Below are positions 37,698 to 46,600 of a stretch of 64,000 nucleotides of DNA, piece after piece. The DNA lies in IMG/VR virus record IMGVR_UViG_3300030330_005136, positions 1 through 64,000 of that record; one strand, given 5' to 3'. The position numbers and the translations under genes were made by a program. Position 1 is the first letter of the stretch, and every line of letters starts with the position of its first letter. A model generated the notes under the pieces. The model did not search any database and was not told the origin of the DNA. It worked only from the letters and a program-made list of their open reading frames with translations. The stretch is from a virus (lineage: Duplodnaviria; Caudoviricetes).

Positions 37698-38729
37698 ATG
37701 AAAGCTTTTAATTTTGCTGAAGATGTAGTAACAACCGAAGTAACTGTAACTGATGGATTTGGTGATGGTGGTGTTGGTATATTAACTGGAACTAATTTAA
37801 CAACTGCATCATTATCAGACGCGCAGAAAAGAAAATACTATAATATACAATTTAATTCCAAGGATCACTTATCTGTTGCCTATGGTCATATACAAGGTAG
37901 TGGAAGTGCTCAACAAAGTACTACTGTGGAGGGTGAGACTAAAGCTATTTATGGTCAATTTTTTAATTTATTAGAAACCGATAGAAGTGCCTTAAAATCA
38001 AACAGAGGTTTTCTAATTGGTAATGTTACTGCTTCTGATGCTTACTTTATTGTAGCTGAAAGATTACAGATGAAGGATAGATTAAATCCTGGAACATTCA
38101 CTTTATCTTTTTCAGGTTCTAATTCTGCTGGTACGGCTACGACACTTAATTTGACAGATGACAGTAAAGTAAACAATGCTACTGCTGCTCCCTTTGGTGA
38201 AAGATATTCTATACAAGTAGGTTCTGCAGGTGTGATAACTGATACTACTGAACATGGTCATTTTTATCCGGACGCCGGTATATTTGTTTTGAGTGGTACT
38301 CAAATGTCTGCAAGTTTACCTGGTAAACCTACTTATGTGACTTCGGGTGTTGTAAAACCATCGACTGAAATGGGAACTGGCTTGACACCAGATTTACGAG
38401 TCGCTGATGCCGTTGATAACGCTCATAAAATGGTTACTGCCTTATCCAAAGGTTCGGTGACATTGAGATCAGAAGAAAAACAATTTATCTATGATTACTT
38501 CTGTAGGGCTAAAGCAAATGAGTTTAATTATTCACAAAACCTAACATTTTGGAGTGGTTCACAATATGATATTCGTCATTCTGATATGATTAACAATCCA
38601 CAGGTTTATATTACAGAAGTTGGTTTATATGATGAAGCTGGTGAATTAATGGCTATCGGTAGATTGAGTTCTGCTCTAGAAAAGAATTTTAGTTCAGAAG
38701 CAATTATCAAAGTCAGATTAACATATTAG
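37698..38729 (+). CDS. baseplate/tail-collar-type protein (paralog C)
   Basis: C-terminal YITEVGLYD..GELMAIGRLS, like tail-fibre collar domains. Confidence 0.7.
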   Translation: MKAFNFAEDVVTTEVTVTDGFGDGGVGILTGTNLTTASLSDAQKRKYYNIQFNSKDHLSVAYGHIQGSGSAQQSTTVEGETKAIYGQFFNLLETDRSALKSNRGFLIGNVTASDAYFIVAERLQMKDRLNPGTFTLSFSGSNSAGTATTLNLTDDSKVNNATAAPFGERYSIQVGSAGVITDTTEHGHFYPDAGIFVLSGTQMSASLPGKPTYVTSGVVKPSTEMGTGLTPDLRVADAVDNAHKMVTALSKGSVTLRSEEKQFIYDYFCRAKANEFNYSQNLTFWSGSQYDIRHSDMINNPQVYITEVGLYDEAGELMAIGRLSSALEKNFSSEAIIKVRLTY

Positions 38730-38738
38730 TGTTATGGG

Positions 38739-39572
38739 ATGCTTAAACAATTTACTGAGGAAAATGTAAATTTATACGAGTTCAAATCGAATAAAAATTA
38801 CACAAAAAACCAATCTCAAATAATAAGATACAACTTTGTATCTGGTTCATCAGACGAAACTCTATCACGAAATTACAATTTTGCTAGAATAAATTTTTAT
38901 CTTAGTGGTTCTGATTACAGTCAACATGTAAAAAGATATAATTCATACCCAACTGCTGGCAACAGATTCAATACCGATAATATGTTTTTTAATAAATTTT
39001 ATATCAGTGGATCTGTTTTGTCAATCCCACAAAATGAATTCGGTGACAAGATAAAACCAGGCACATTTACACTTACAGATAACTCAACAGCAACAGAAAT
39101 CACAATTATTGATGATTTCAATGGTAACCTATATGCTCCAAATGCCCCATCCTCATCCAATCCAAGTCTAGCACTATCATCATCAGCAAACTATGTGGGA
39201 AATATATTTTACGAATTAGGTGTATTTACAATAGTAGAAACAGGCTCATTCGATGGGACAAATAATTATTCAGATGTAACTAGTGGTAATTTTACAATAA
39301 ATTACAAAGGAGTTCATGACTTGACAACCTATGAATATGTCTGTACTGCTTTACCTAATGAATTAAATCAAACACAAAATATGTCAATTTTTAAGGCTCA
39401 AAGTGCTGGTAGATTGAAGGATAATTTGACTGGTAGTTTATTTCCAACTTATGTAACTGAAGTCGGTTTGTATGATGATTCTGAAAACCTAGTAGGTATC
39501 GCTAGATTGTCAAAACCAATACCAAAATCAAGAGTTATTCCCATGAGATTCTTCGTTAGAATGGATTATTAA
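38739..39572 (+). CDS. baseplate/tail-collar-type protein (paralog D)
   Basis: C-terminal YVTEVGLYD..ENLVGIARLS; shares PGTFTL with paralog C. Confidence 0.7.
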   Translation: MLKQFTEENVNLYEFKSNKNYTKNQSQIIRYNFVSGSSDETLSRNYNFARINFYLSGSDYSQHVKRYNSYPTAGNRFNTDNMFFNKFYISGSVLSIPQNEFGDKIKPGTFTLTDNSTATEITIIDDFNGNLYAPNAPSSSNPSLALSSSANYVGNIFYELGVFTIVETGSFDGTNNYSDVTSGNFTINYKGVHDLTTYEYVCTALPNELNQTQNMSIFKAQSAGRLKDNLTGSLFPTYVTEVGLYDDSENLVGIARLSKPIPKSRVIPMRFFVRMDY

Positions 39573-39585
39573 TAAGATATATATG

Positions 39586-39593
39586 ATATTTAT
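39586..39593 (+). promoter_or_regulatory. putative late promoter ATATTTAT
   Basis: intergenic, upstream of GTG 39623. Confidence 0.5.
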
Positions 39594-39622
39594 TATTGTA
39601 ATCTAAACCACAGGAGAAAAAC

Positions 39623-39910
39623 GTGATTGAAACATATGCCGAATACGGCGCTATTGGTGTTATAATAATGTTATTCGTTGGTATGATTAAGTTTTTACAA
39701 TCATCTTTGACTAATAAATTAGGAGAAATCGAAGGTATCTGTATAAAACTTATAGATCGTTGGAATCGTAGTGATGAAACTCGTGACAGAAGACATGAAC
39801 AGAGTAATTCTGAGAATGATAGAAGACACGAGCAGATGCTACAGGCGATTAATCGTATCACAGATGACTTAAACTACCTGAAGGGTAGAATAAATAATAC
39901 ACCAAAGTAG
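39623..39910 (+). CDS. single-TM protein, holin-like (BhlA/UviB-like topology)
   Basis: SD AGGAG; N-terminal TM YGAIGVIIMLFVGMI followed by a charged coil. Confidence 0.55.
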   Translation: MIETYAEYGAIGVIIMLFVGMIKFLQSSLTNKLGEIEGICIKLIDRWNRSDETRDRRHEQSNSENDRRHEQMLQAINRITDDLNYLKGRINNTPK

Positions 39911-40234
39911 ATGGATAAACCACAGACAGCAAGAAGTTATAGGGCAACCGTGTTAGACGATAATGCGGTAGTATCTATCAACCTAAAATGGTTGGCTCAG
40001 ATAGGTGCATTGTTGGCGATGTTAGTCTATGGTTATTGGAATATGGTCACACGCATAACTAATTTAGAACAAGAGGTGGCTGATGCTGATGCTCAAATAG
40101 CAGAATTGGTAGAGAAGCATATTAAAGAAGAAGAAGTTAGATATACTGAAATGGAAAAACAGCTTAAATTTTATGAAAAGGAATTCAATATAAATCCTCT
40201 GAGCTGGGGTAGAAAGAAAAAGAAAAACAGGTAA
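39911..40234 (+). CDS. single-TM coiled-coil protein (lysis-module candidate)
   Basis: TM WLAQIGALLAMLVYGYW, coiled coil, basic tail. Confidence 0.6.
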   Translation: MDKPQTARSYRATVLDDNAVVSINLKWLAQIGALLAMLVYGYWNMVTRITNLEQEVADADAQIAELVEKHIKEEEVRYTEMEKQLKFYEKEFNINPLSWGRKKKKNR

Positions 40235-40248
40235 CACCCACAAACAAA

Positions 40249-40278
40249 TTGTTACAGTCATCGTATACTTTTGTTACA
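40249..40278. promoter_or_regulatory. candidate enhancer-binding-protein site (TTGTTACA x2, 22-bp period)
   Basis: exact 8-mer direct repeat at 40249 and 40271, upstream of the sigma54 box. Confidence 0.4.
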
Positions 40279-40309
40279 ATAGACACCTAAAAACATCCTC
40301 AAAAAAGTT

Positions 40310-40325
40310 TGGTACAGTTCTTGTA
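40310..40325 (+). promoter_or_regulatory. sigma54-type (-24/-12) promoter of the pilin cassette
   Basis: TGGTACAGTTCTTGTA vs consensus TGGCACG-N4-TTGCW; GG-N10-GT spacing exact; SD and ATG follow at a suitable distance. Confidence 0.7.
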
Positions 40326-40358
40326 CTATATAGGTATAAACTAAATAGGAGAACTGAA

Positions 40359-40985
40359 ATGTTCAAATCAATAATACGATATCTAAAGAGCACTAATGGT
40401 AACTCATTAGCTGAATTTGCAGTAACAACTGCTATGATGGCTACATTGGCTACCACTGCTGCACCTAAATTTTCTGGTGTTGGTGAAGGTGCTAAGGAAA
40501 AGAAAACATTAGCTGATATTGACAAGATTGTCAAATCTGCTAACAACTTTTATAACGCTAAAGTTACCGAAGAAGGTCGTGGAAGATTTCCAGGACAGAC
40601 AAAGTATGATGCTGCTGTAGGTGGATATGCTTCTGATTCTTTACTACTTGCTGGTGTAGAAAACTTTACAACTTTTAGCTCTAATGAAGGACAAAATTGG
40701 GCTTCTGTATTCGGAACAACTACAGATGGTGCTAAAGCACCAGTTGGTCATAATATATCTACAGATGAAGATGATGATAAAGATGGATCATATGATGTAT
40801 ATACAGGTGCTGAGGAGTTCTTAAATGAGTTTGGTGGTAACCCAATCAAGACACCATTTCAGGATGGTCACTACATCTATGCGGTAATCGCTGGTGGTGG
40901 AAGTGGTTCATCTTCTTATTCACCCATTCTTTATGTTGCTGACTTAGAAAATCCAAGCAACTTTAAAAAGAAATTACAACCATAG
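40359..40985 (+). CDS. type IV pilin/pseudopilin-like protein 1 (atypical Asn at +1)
   Basis: basic leader MFKSIIRYLKSTNG|NSLAEFAVTTAMMATLATTAAP with Gly-1, Glu+5 and Pro+22. Confidence 0.7.
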   Translation: MFKSIIRYLKSTNGNSLAEFAVTTAMMATLATTAAPKFSGVGEGAKEKKTLADIDKIVKSANNFYNAKVTEEGRGRFPGQTKYDAAVGGYASDSLLLAGVENFTTFSSNEGQNWASVFGTTTDGAKAPVGHNISTDEDDDKDGSYDVYTGAEEFLNEFGGNPIKTPFQDGHYIYAVIAGGGSGSSSYSPILYVADLENPSNFKKKLQP

Positions 40986-40995
40986 GAGAACTAAA

Positions 40996-41421
40996 ATGTT
41001 GAACCAGAAAGGATTTACATTAATCGAACTTATCATGGTTACAATTATTTTAGGTATCTTAGCTGCTGTTGCCATACCGAGATATATGACAACAGTTACA
41101 AAAGCCCATGAGGCTGCTGAAGATGCGGTAATTAACTCTATAAAAGCTGGTTTAGAAACTTATGCTGTCGAACAACTAATGGATAATGGTAGGAAATCAT
41201 GGCCTACAAATCCATTCGATGCTCTAGACACCAAACCTGCTGGACACACCACAGACACAGATGATGCTGATGTTGATGGAGAGTGGACATACAATACCAC
41301 TAGTAAGAAGATCACACATCAGAGAAGTGATAACACACGTGTGGCTTGGCAATACGATGAGGGAACACAATCAGGCGACAATGCTGCTGTGGGAACTCTA
41401 GGATCAAGAGCTAGTCTGTAG
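40996..41421 (+). CDS. type IV pilin/pseudopilin 2
   Basis: canonical N-methylation motif MLNQKG|FTLIELIMVTIILGILAAVAIPRY. Confidence 0.93.
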   Translation: MLNQKGFTLIELIMVTIILGILAAVAIPRYMTTVTKAHEAAEDAVINSIKAGLETYAVEQLMDNGRKSWPTNPFDALDTKPAGHTTDTDDADVDGEWTYNTTSKKITHQRSDNTRVAWQYDEGTQSGDNAAVGTLGSRASL

Positions 41422-41430
41422 GAGTTAATA

Positions 41431-41859
41431 ATGAAAAACTCTAACGGATTTACTCTGATAGAGTTGGTTGTAACCATCGCTTTAGTGGGGATATTGCTGG
41501 GAACGGCTATCCCCACTTTTCATAGGGTGGTTGCTGAAACTCAATCCCAAGTAAACATATCAAACATGGAAATAATAAAAGACACATTTCTACAGTATTA
41601 TTACGACAATCACATGAGTGGTGATCCACATTTTCCACAAGTTCCATCTGATAGTTTGTTGAATACTACATATCGTCAGACGACCTTGGGTGATGGTAGA
41701 ACGCCTGATATGTTGTTCAGTGGAGACTTACCTTACAACAGCAATAAGAAACCATTTTTATACTATTGGGATGATGATTCCTTAACAAAAAGAATTGTTG
41801 TAAAGGATAATGATTTAGATAGCCCATCATATAATCAAAAGGTAATTGGTGAAATATAA
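41431..41859 (+). CDS. type IV pilin/pseudopilin 3
   Basis: canonical motif MKNSNG|FTLIELVVTIALVGILLGTAIPTF. Confidence 0.92.
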   Translation: MKNSNGFTLIELVVTIALVGILLGTAIPTFHRVVAETQSQVNISNMEIIKDTFLQYYYDNHMSGDPHFPQVPSDSLLNTTYRQTTLGDGRTPDMLFSGDLPYNSNKKPFLYYWDDDSLTKRIVVKDNDLDSPSYNQKVIGEI

Positions 41860-41862
41860 CAC

Positions 41863-41894
41863 TTGACTTTTATATATTTTTTCTGTATATTTAT
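41863..41894 (+). promoter_or_regulatory. overlapping sigma70 promoter and ATATTTAT late motif
   Basis: TTGACT(41863)-N17-TATATT(41886); ATATTTAT at 41887-41894. Confidence 0.7.
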
Positions 41895-41898
41895 GAGT

Positions 41899-42291
41899 AT
41901 GAAACTAATGGATATATTATTAGAAAGGGTGGATTTTCATCAAATAGCAACCGAGTTAGTGAAGAAAGCTGGGTTAAATTCAAAAGTAAAATTTACAAAA
42001 ACAGGTAAAAACAAAGCAGATTATAATGTTGATCAAGACATAATCAACATTAAACCAACATCAAGATTTAAAGATTTTTTAGTTACAGTATTTCATGAAA
42101 TAGATCATGCAAAAGATGCTCAACGGATGGGTAAGGAAAAGTATAAGAAAGCATACGAGATGGAAATGAACAAGGCAGTTCAAAGAGGCGAAGACCCACA
42201 TGATGATAATTTTTATGAAAAGAAAGCAGAAAAGTTTGGTCGTAAGATGGCAAAAGATTACCTGAAGATAAACAGGAAAAATATTTATTGA
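41899..42291 (+). CDS. zincin-like HExxH metallopeptidase-fold protein
   Basis: FHEIDH plus downstream NFYEKKA; start moved to ATG 41899. Confidence 0.65.
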   Translation: MKLMDILLERVDFHQIATELVKKAGLNSKVKFTKTGKNKADYNVDQDIINIKPTSRFKDFLVTVFHEIDHAKDAQRMGKEKYKKAYEMEMNKAVQRGEDPHDDNFYEKKAEKFGRKMAKDYLKINRKNIY

Positions 42292-42791
42292 AAAAATTAG
42301 GCTTGGATGCCTCTACAACAACGGTTGGTTATGCTTTTGTGGACGGCAAAGAAATAGTTACAATGGGATTTATACCCATTCAAAAAGAAGATACGATTCG
42401 AGATAAGGTTGAACTTACTATGAAGGAGATAACTGCGGTTGATCCCTTTAATCAAGTTGAACAGATATACATCGAGGATAGTTTATCTGGTTTTATGCGT
42501 GGTAGAACATCACAACAAACAATAGTAAAGTTAGCAAAGTTCAATGCTGTATTGGTTTACTGTTTAGAATTTGCCTATGGGGAGATTGTAAAGGGTGTGA
42601 ATCCAATGACGGCTCGTAAAAAGTTATTCGGTAAATCTCGTGTAAAGGGTAAATCAGCAAAAGAATTTGTAAAAGAAGAAATAAATTGCTTGTATTCTTT
42701 AGACGAATATATTAAATTAACACCAACAGGATTGTGGGATAAAAGAAACATGGATAGTTATGATGCTTTAGTATGTGCTCTGTATGAGTGA
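42288..42791 (+). CDS. RuvC-like Holliday junction resolvase
   Basis: LGLDASTTTVGYA (D), IYIED (E), YDALV (D) acidic triad. Confidence 0.8.
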   Translation: MKKLGLDASTTTVGYAFVDGKEIVTMGFIPIQKEDTIRDKVELTMKEITAVDPFNQVEQIYIEDSLSGFMRGRTSQQTIVKLAKFNAVLVYCLEFAYGEIVKGVNPMTARKKLFGKSRVKGKSAKEFVKEEINCLYSLDEYIKLTPTGLWDKRNMDSYDALVCALYE

Positions 42792-43695
42792 TAAAGTTGT
42801 AAATCTATTAGAAAGAGCATTAAACAGTAGAGGTAAGAAACTAACAAAACCAAATGAGTATATGTTTTACTCACCTTTTGTTAATCATTATAAACCAAAG
42901 CTACAGATTAATGTCTCTACACAGAAATGGCATTGTTGGGTTTCCAACATGGGTGGTCATTCTATATACTCTTTGTTTAAGAAACTTAATGTCAATAGAG
43001 AGTTATATGGTGAGCTAAAAGACATCTTTTTCGTACCTGAGACTACAGATGTAGAGAAGAAAGAAGTTGTTGTTTTGCCGAGGCATTACAAACCATTGTG
43101 GGTTAGGTCAAGATCTTTGTACCAAGGACATGCTCTAAAGTTTTTAACAGATCGTGGTATTACAAAATATGATATTAAAAAATATAAAATAGGTTTTTGC
43201 GAGGATGGTTTGTATCAGCACAGAGTGATTGTACCAAGTCATGATGAGAATGGTATATTGAATTACTTCGTAGGTAGGTCATACATGGAAAGTGGTATGA
43301 AATATAAGAATCCAAATGTATCTAAGGATGTGGTTGGATTTGATTATCACATAGCCTGGTCAAAACCAATTGTTTTATGTGAGGGTGTGTTTGATGCCAT
43401 GACTATTCGTAGAAATGCCATACCGATGTTTGGTAAAAAACCATCAAAAAAATTATTAATGAAGATATTTCAGAAAAGATGTAAGACAATTTATATAGCA
43501 TTGGATGACGATGCTAGAAAAGAAGCTTACATGTTAGGGGAATTTTTTAGTGACTTTGGTATAGATTCTAAGGTTGTGAATCTACCAAAGGATAAAGATC
43601 CGAATGACTTGGGATTTGAAAGGATGAGTGCTCTAATAGAACAGACACTATCCTCAAGTTTTTCAGACACAATACAGGCAAAGTTATATGGGTGA
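42784..43695 (+). CDS. DNA primase (DnaG/TOPRIM type)
   Basis: FLTDRGI, YFVGRS, KYKNP, VLCEGVFDA, IALDDDA, DPND. Confidence 0.9.
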   Translation: MSDKVVNLLERALNSRGKKLTKPNEYMFYSPFVNHYKPKLQINVSTQKWHCWVSNMGGHSIYSLFKKLNVNRELYGELKDIFFVPETTDVEKKEVVVLPRHYKPLWVRSRSLYQGHALKFLTDRGITKYDIKKYKIGFCEDGLYQHRVIVPSHDENGILNYFVGRSYMESGMKYKNPNVSKDVVGFDYHIAWSKPIVLCEGVFDAMTIRRNAIPMFGKKPSKKLLMKIFQKRCKTIYIALDDDARKEAYMLGEFFSDFGIDSKVVNLPKDKDPNDLGFERMSALIEQTLSSSFSDTIQAKLYG

Positions 43696-46600
43696 TATAA
43701 AAAAGATAGCACACTTAGCTGATATTCATATCAGAAAACTACATAGATTCAACGAGTACAGAGATGTCTTTGACAATCTGTATAAAAAATTACGAGATAT
43801 AAAACCTGATTTGATTTACATCGGTGGTGATGTTGTACATGGAAAATTAGATACATCACCTGAAGAAATCAGAATGGTTGCTGAGTTCTTCTTAAATCTA
43901 GCTGATATATCTGATCTGTTAGTGATACCTGGAAATCATGATTGTAATTTAAATAACAAATCACGAGAGGATGTGCTGTCTCCGATTGTTGATTTGGTTC
44001 AACAGATAAACCCAAGAATACACTTTTGGAAGAAAACAGGTGTGTATGAAATGGGAGGTTGTCATTTTGGTCACCTTTCTGTATTTGACATGACTAAGGA
44101 TGGTAAACCAAATGCTAAAAATATACCACGAGCAAAAGACATAGATGGTGATCATAAGATTGGTATTTATCACGGTGGGGTCGGTAACTTCCAAGTTGAC
44201 ACTGGTTTGGTGATGAGTGATGAACATGTAAATGTTATTGACTTTGATGGTTATGATATGGTGTTGTTAGGTGATATACATAAGAGACAATTCTTAGATG
44301 ATAAAGAAACCATAGCATATCCAGGTTCATTGATTCAACAGAATTTTGCTGAAGCACCTGAACATGGATTTTTACTATGGGATGTGAAGACACGTAAGTC
44401 TGAATTTATACAAGTGGAAAATGAACATGGATTTAAAACTGTAATTGTTGAAGATGGTAAGATAAAAAGTCGAATGAGGTTTGTACCCAAGTATGGTAAT
44501 ATAAAGATAAAACATAAAGATACCACTGCCGAACAATTAAGATTAATCGAATTAAATCTTCGTAAAAAATATACCGATATAAAATCAATAGTCACAGAAA
44601 AAATAGATTCTATAGAAGGTCACTTAAACGAAAGCAAAACTAAAATATCTATCGAAGATATACATGATTTAAAGGTGCAGAATAAACTAATTGAAAAATT
44701 AGCAAAAGTGGAGCAACCAAATATAGATGATAAGACTTTACAAAGAATATTTGATATAAATGAATTAACAAATTCTTCTATTGGGATGAAAAATGAATTA
44801 CCAAGAAATGTAGATTGGAAGCTAAAATACATTGAGTTTGACAACATGTTTAGCTATGGTAAAAACAATAGAATAGATTTTACAAAACTAAATGGTGTGG
44901 TTGGTGTGGTTGCTCCAAATCACAGTGGTAAATCAGCATTGATTGACATTATAGCTTATACATTATTTGATGTATGTAGTAGAACTATCAGAGCTGTTGA
45001 AGTATTGAATAATGAATCTAAATATTTTGAGGTAAAATTATCTCTAGAGGTAAATGGTGAGGATTATATTATTCATCGAGTTGGTAATTTAAAGATCAAG
45101 ACAAAACGAGCTACTGGTGAAGTTCGTAAATTATGTCCTGTTTCTGTAAAGTTTTATATGGAAGAGAATGGTGAGTTGATTGACCTTAGTGGAGCAGCTC
45201 GTAATAATTCACAGTATGGCAGTGGTACAAATGAAGAGATAAGAAAGATACTCGGAACATTTGATGATTTTATTTTAACATCATTATCATTACAGAACAA
45301 TGGTCAGAACTTTATTGATAAGAAACAGGCTGAAAGAAAAAAAATTCTGAGTCAGTTCATGGGTATTGATTTGTTTGATAAGTTGTTTGATGTTGCAAAA
45401 CATGATGTAGCTGATGAACGAGCATATTTACGAAAGGTAAAAGACAAGGATGTATTCGGTCAACTATCTAAATTACAAAAAGAATTACAAGGGTATGAAG
45501 AATCAAAAGAAAAGCTTGATAAAGAAGTAGAACCATTTGAAGTTGAGATAAATGAGTTAGAGGAACAGATTGACAACCTAAAATCAAAACTAAAGTATGT
45601 TCCGAGTGGTGTGGATGAAGTTGATGAAAATATCGAGATAGAAAAGGAACAAGAGCTGGAAAGACAGCAACAACTATTGGAATCCGAAGAAGAATATAGA
45701 GAAGATATTCGACCATTGTATAATAATATCTACAACAAAATAAAAGAATTTGACGAAGATGAGTTAGAGAATAATTATAAGAAATACAAAAAAACAAAAG
45801 AAGATTTGACAAAGATTGAGGCTGATGTCAATGTAAAAGAAACTCAGATAAAACATTTAAAGGAATCTCTAGAAGAAGCAAAAGAACATGAGTTCGATGA
45901 GGATTGTGAGTATTGTGTGAAGAATAGTCAATGGCATATTGAGAAAACAAAATCATTAACAAAAGAGATAACAGATTGTAAATTAGATCTACAAAAAATC
46001 TTATCTGATAAACATAATCTAGAAAAGGATATTGAAAGTTTTGGTGATATAAATCGTGATAGGTCTAGATATCAAGAGTTAAAAGAAGATTTAAAACAAG
46101 TTGAAAATGATGCATACAAAACACAGGCTAAGATGAAAGAATTAGAAGCATTGGTGTTGAGTTTAGAAAAAGATTTGGAGAAGATTTACGAACAAAATAA
46201 ATTATACGAGGAGTATCAATCTGCTCTAGAGTTCAATGATAAGATCAATGATAAGATAGAAGTATTACAATCAACATTGGATAAAAGTAAGAGTTCATAT
46301 GATATCGTTATCAGAGGTATACAGACTATAGAAAATCACATATTGGTAAATAAAACAAACAAAAAGAATTTAGATAGCGAAATCAAAGATTTAGTGGATG
46401 CCGAACAAAAGGTATTGGATTATGAACTATATCTTAGATTAGTCAGTTCAGATGGTATTCCAAGATTGATTATTAATGATGCCCTACCTGTCATTGAGAA
46501 TGAAGTGAATACTGTATTGGATCATATGATGGCTGGATTTCATTTAGGCATAACAAACGAAGATAAGAATATAAATCTATATATACGGTACGACAATCAA

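Noticed and set aside
4516-42288. Extra ATATTTAT copies inside or at the ends of genes (e.g. 4516, 14408 region, 42281)
   Set aside because: Expected by chance in AT-rich DNA; not counted as promoters.
41899-42291. Prepilin peptidase for the adjacent pilins
   Set aside because: Prepilin peptidases are polytopic aspartic proteases; this is a soluble HExxH protein with its own promoter.
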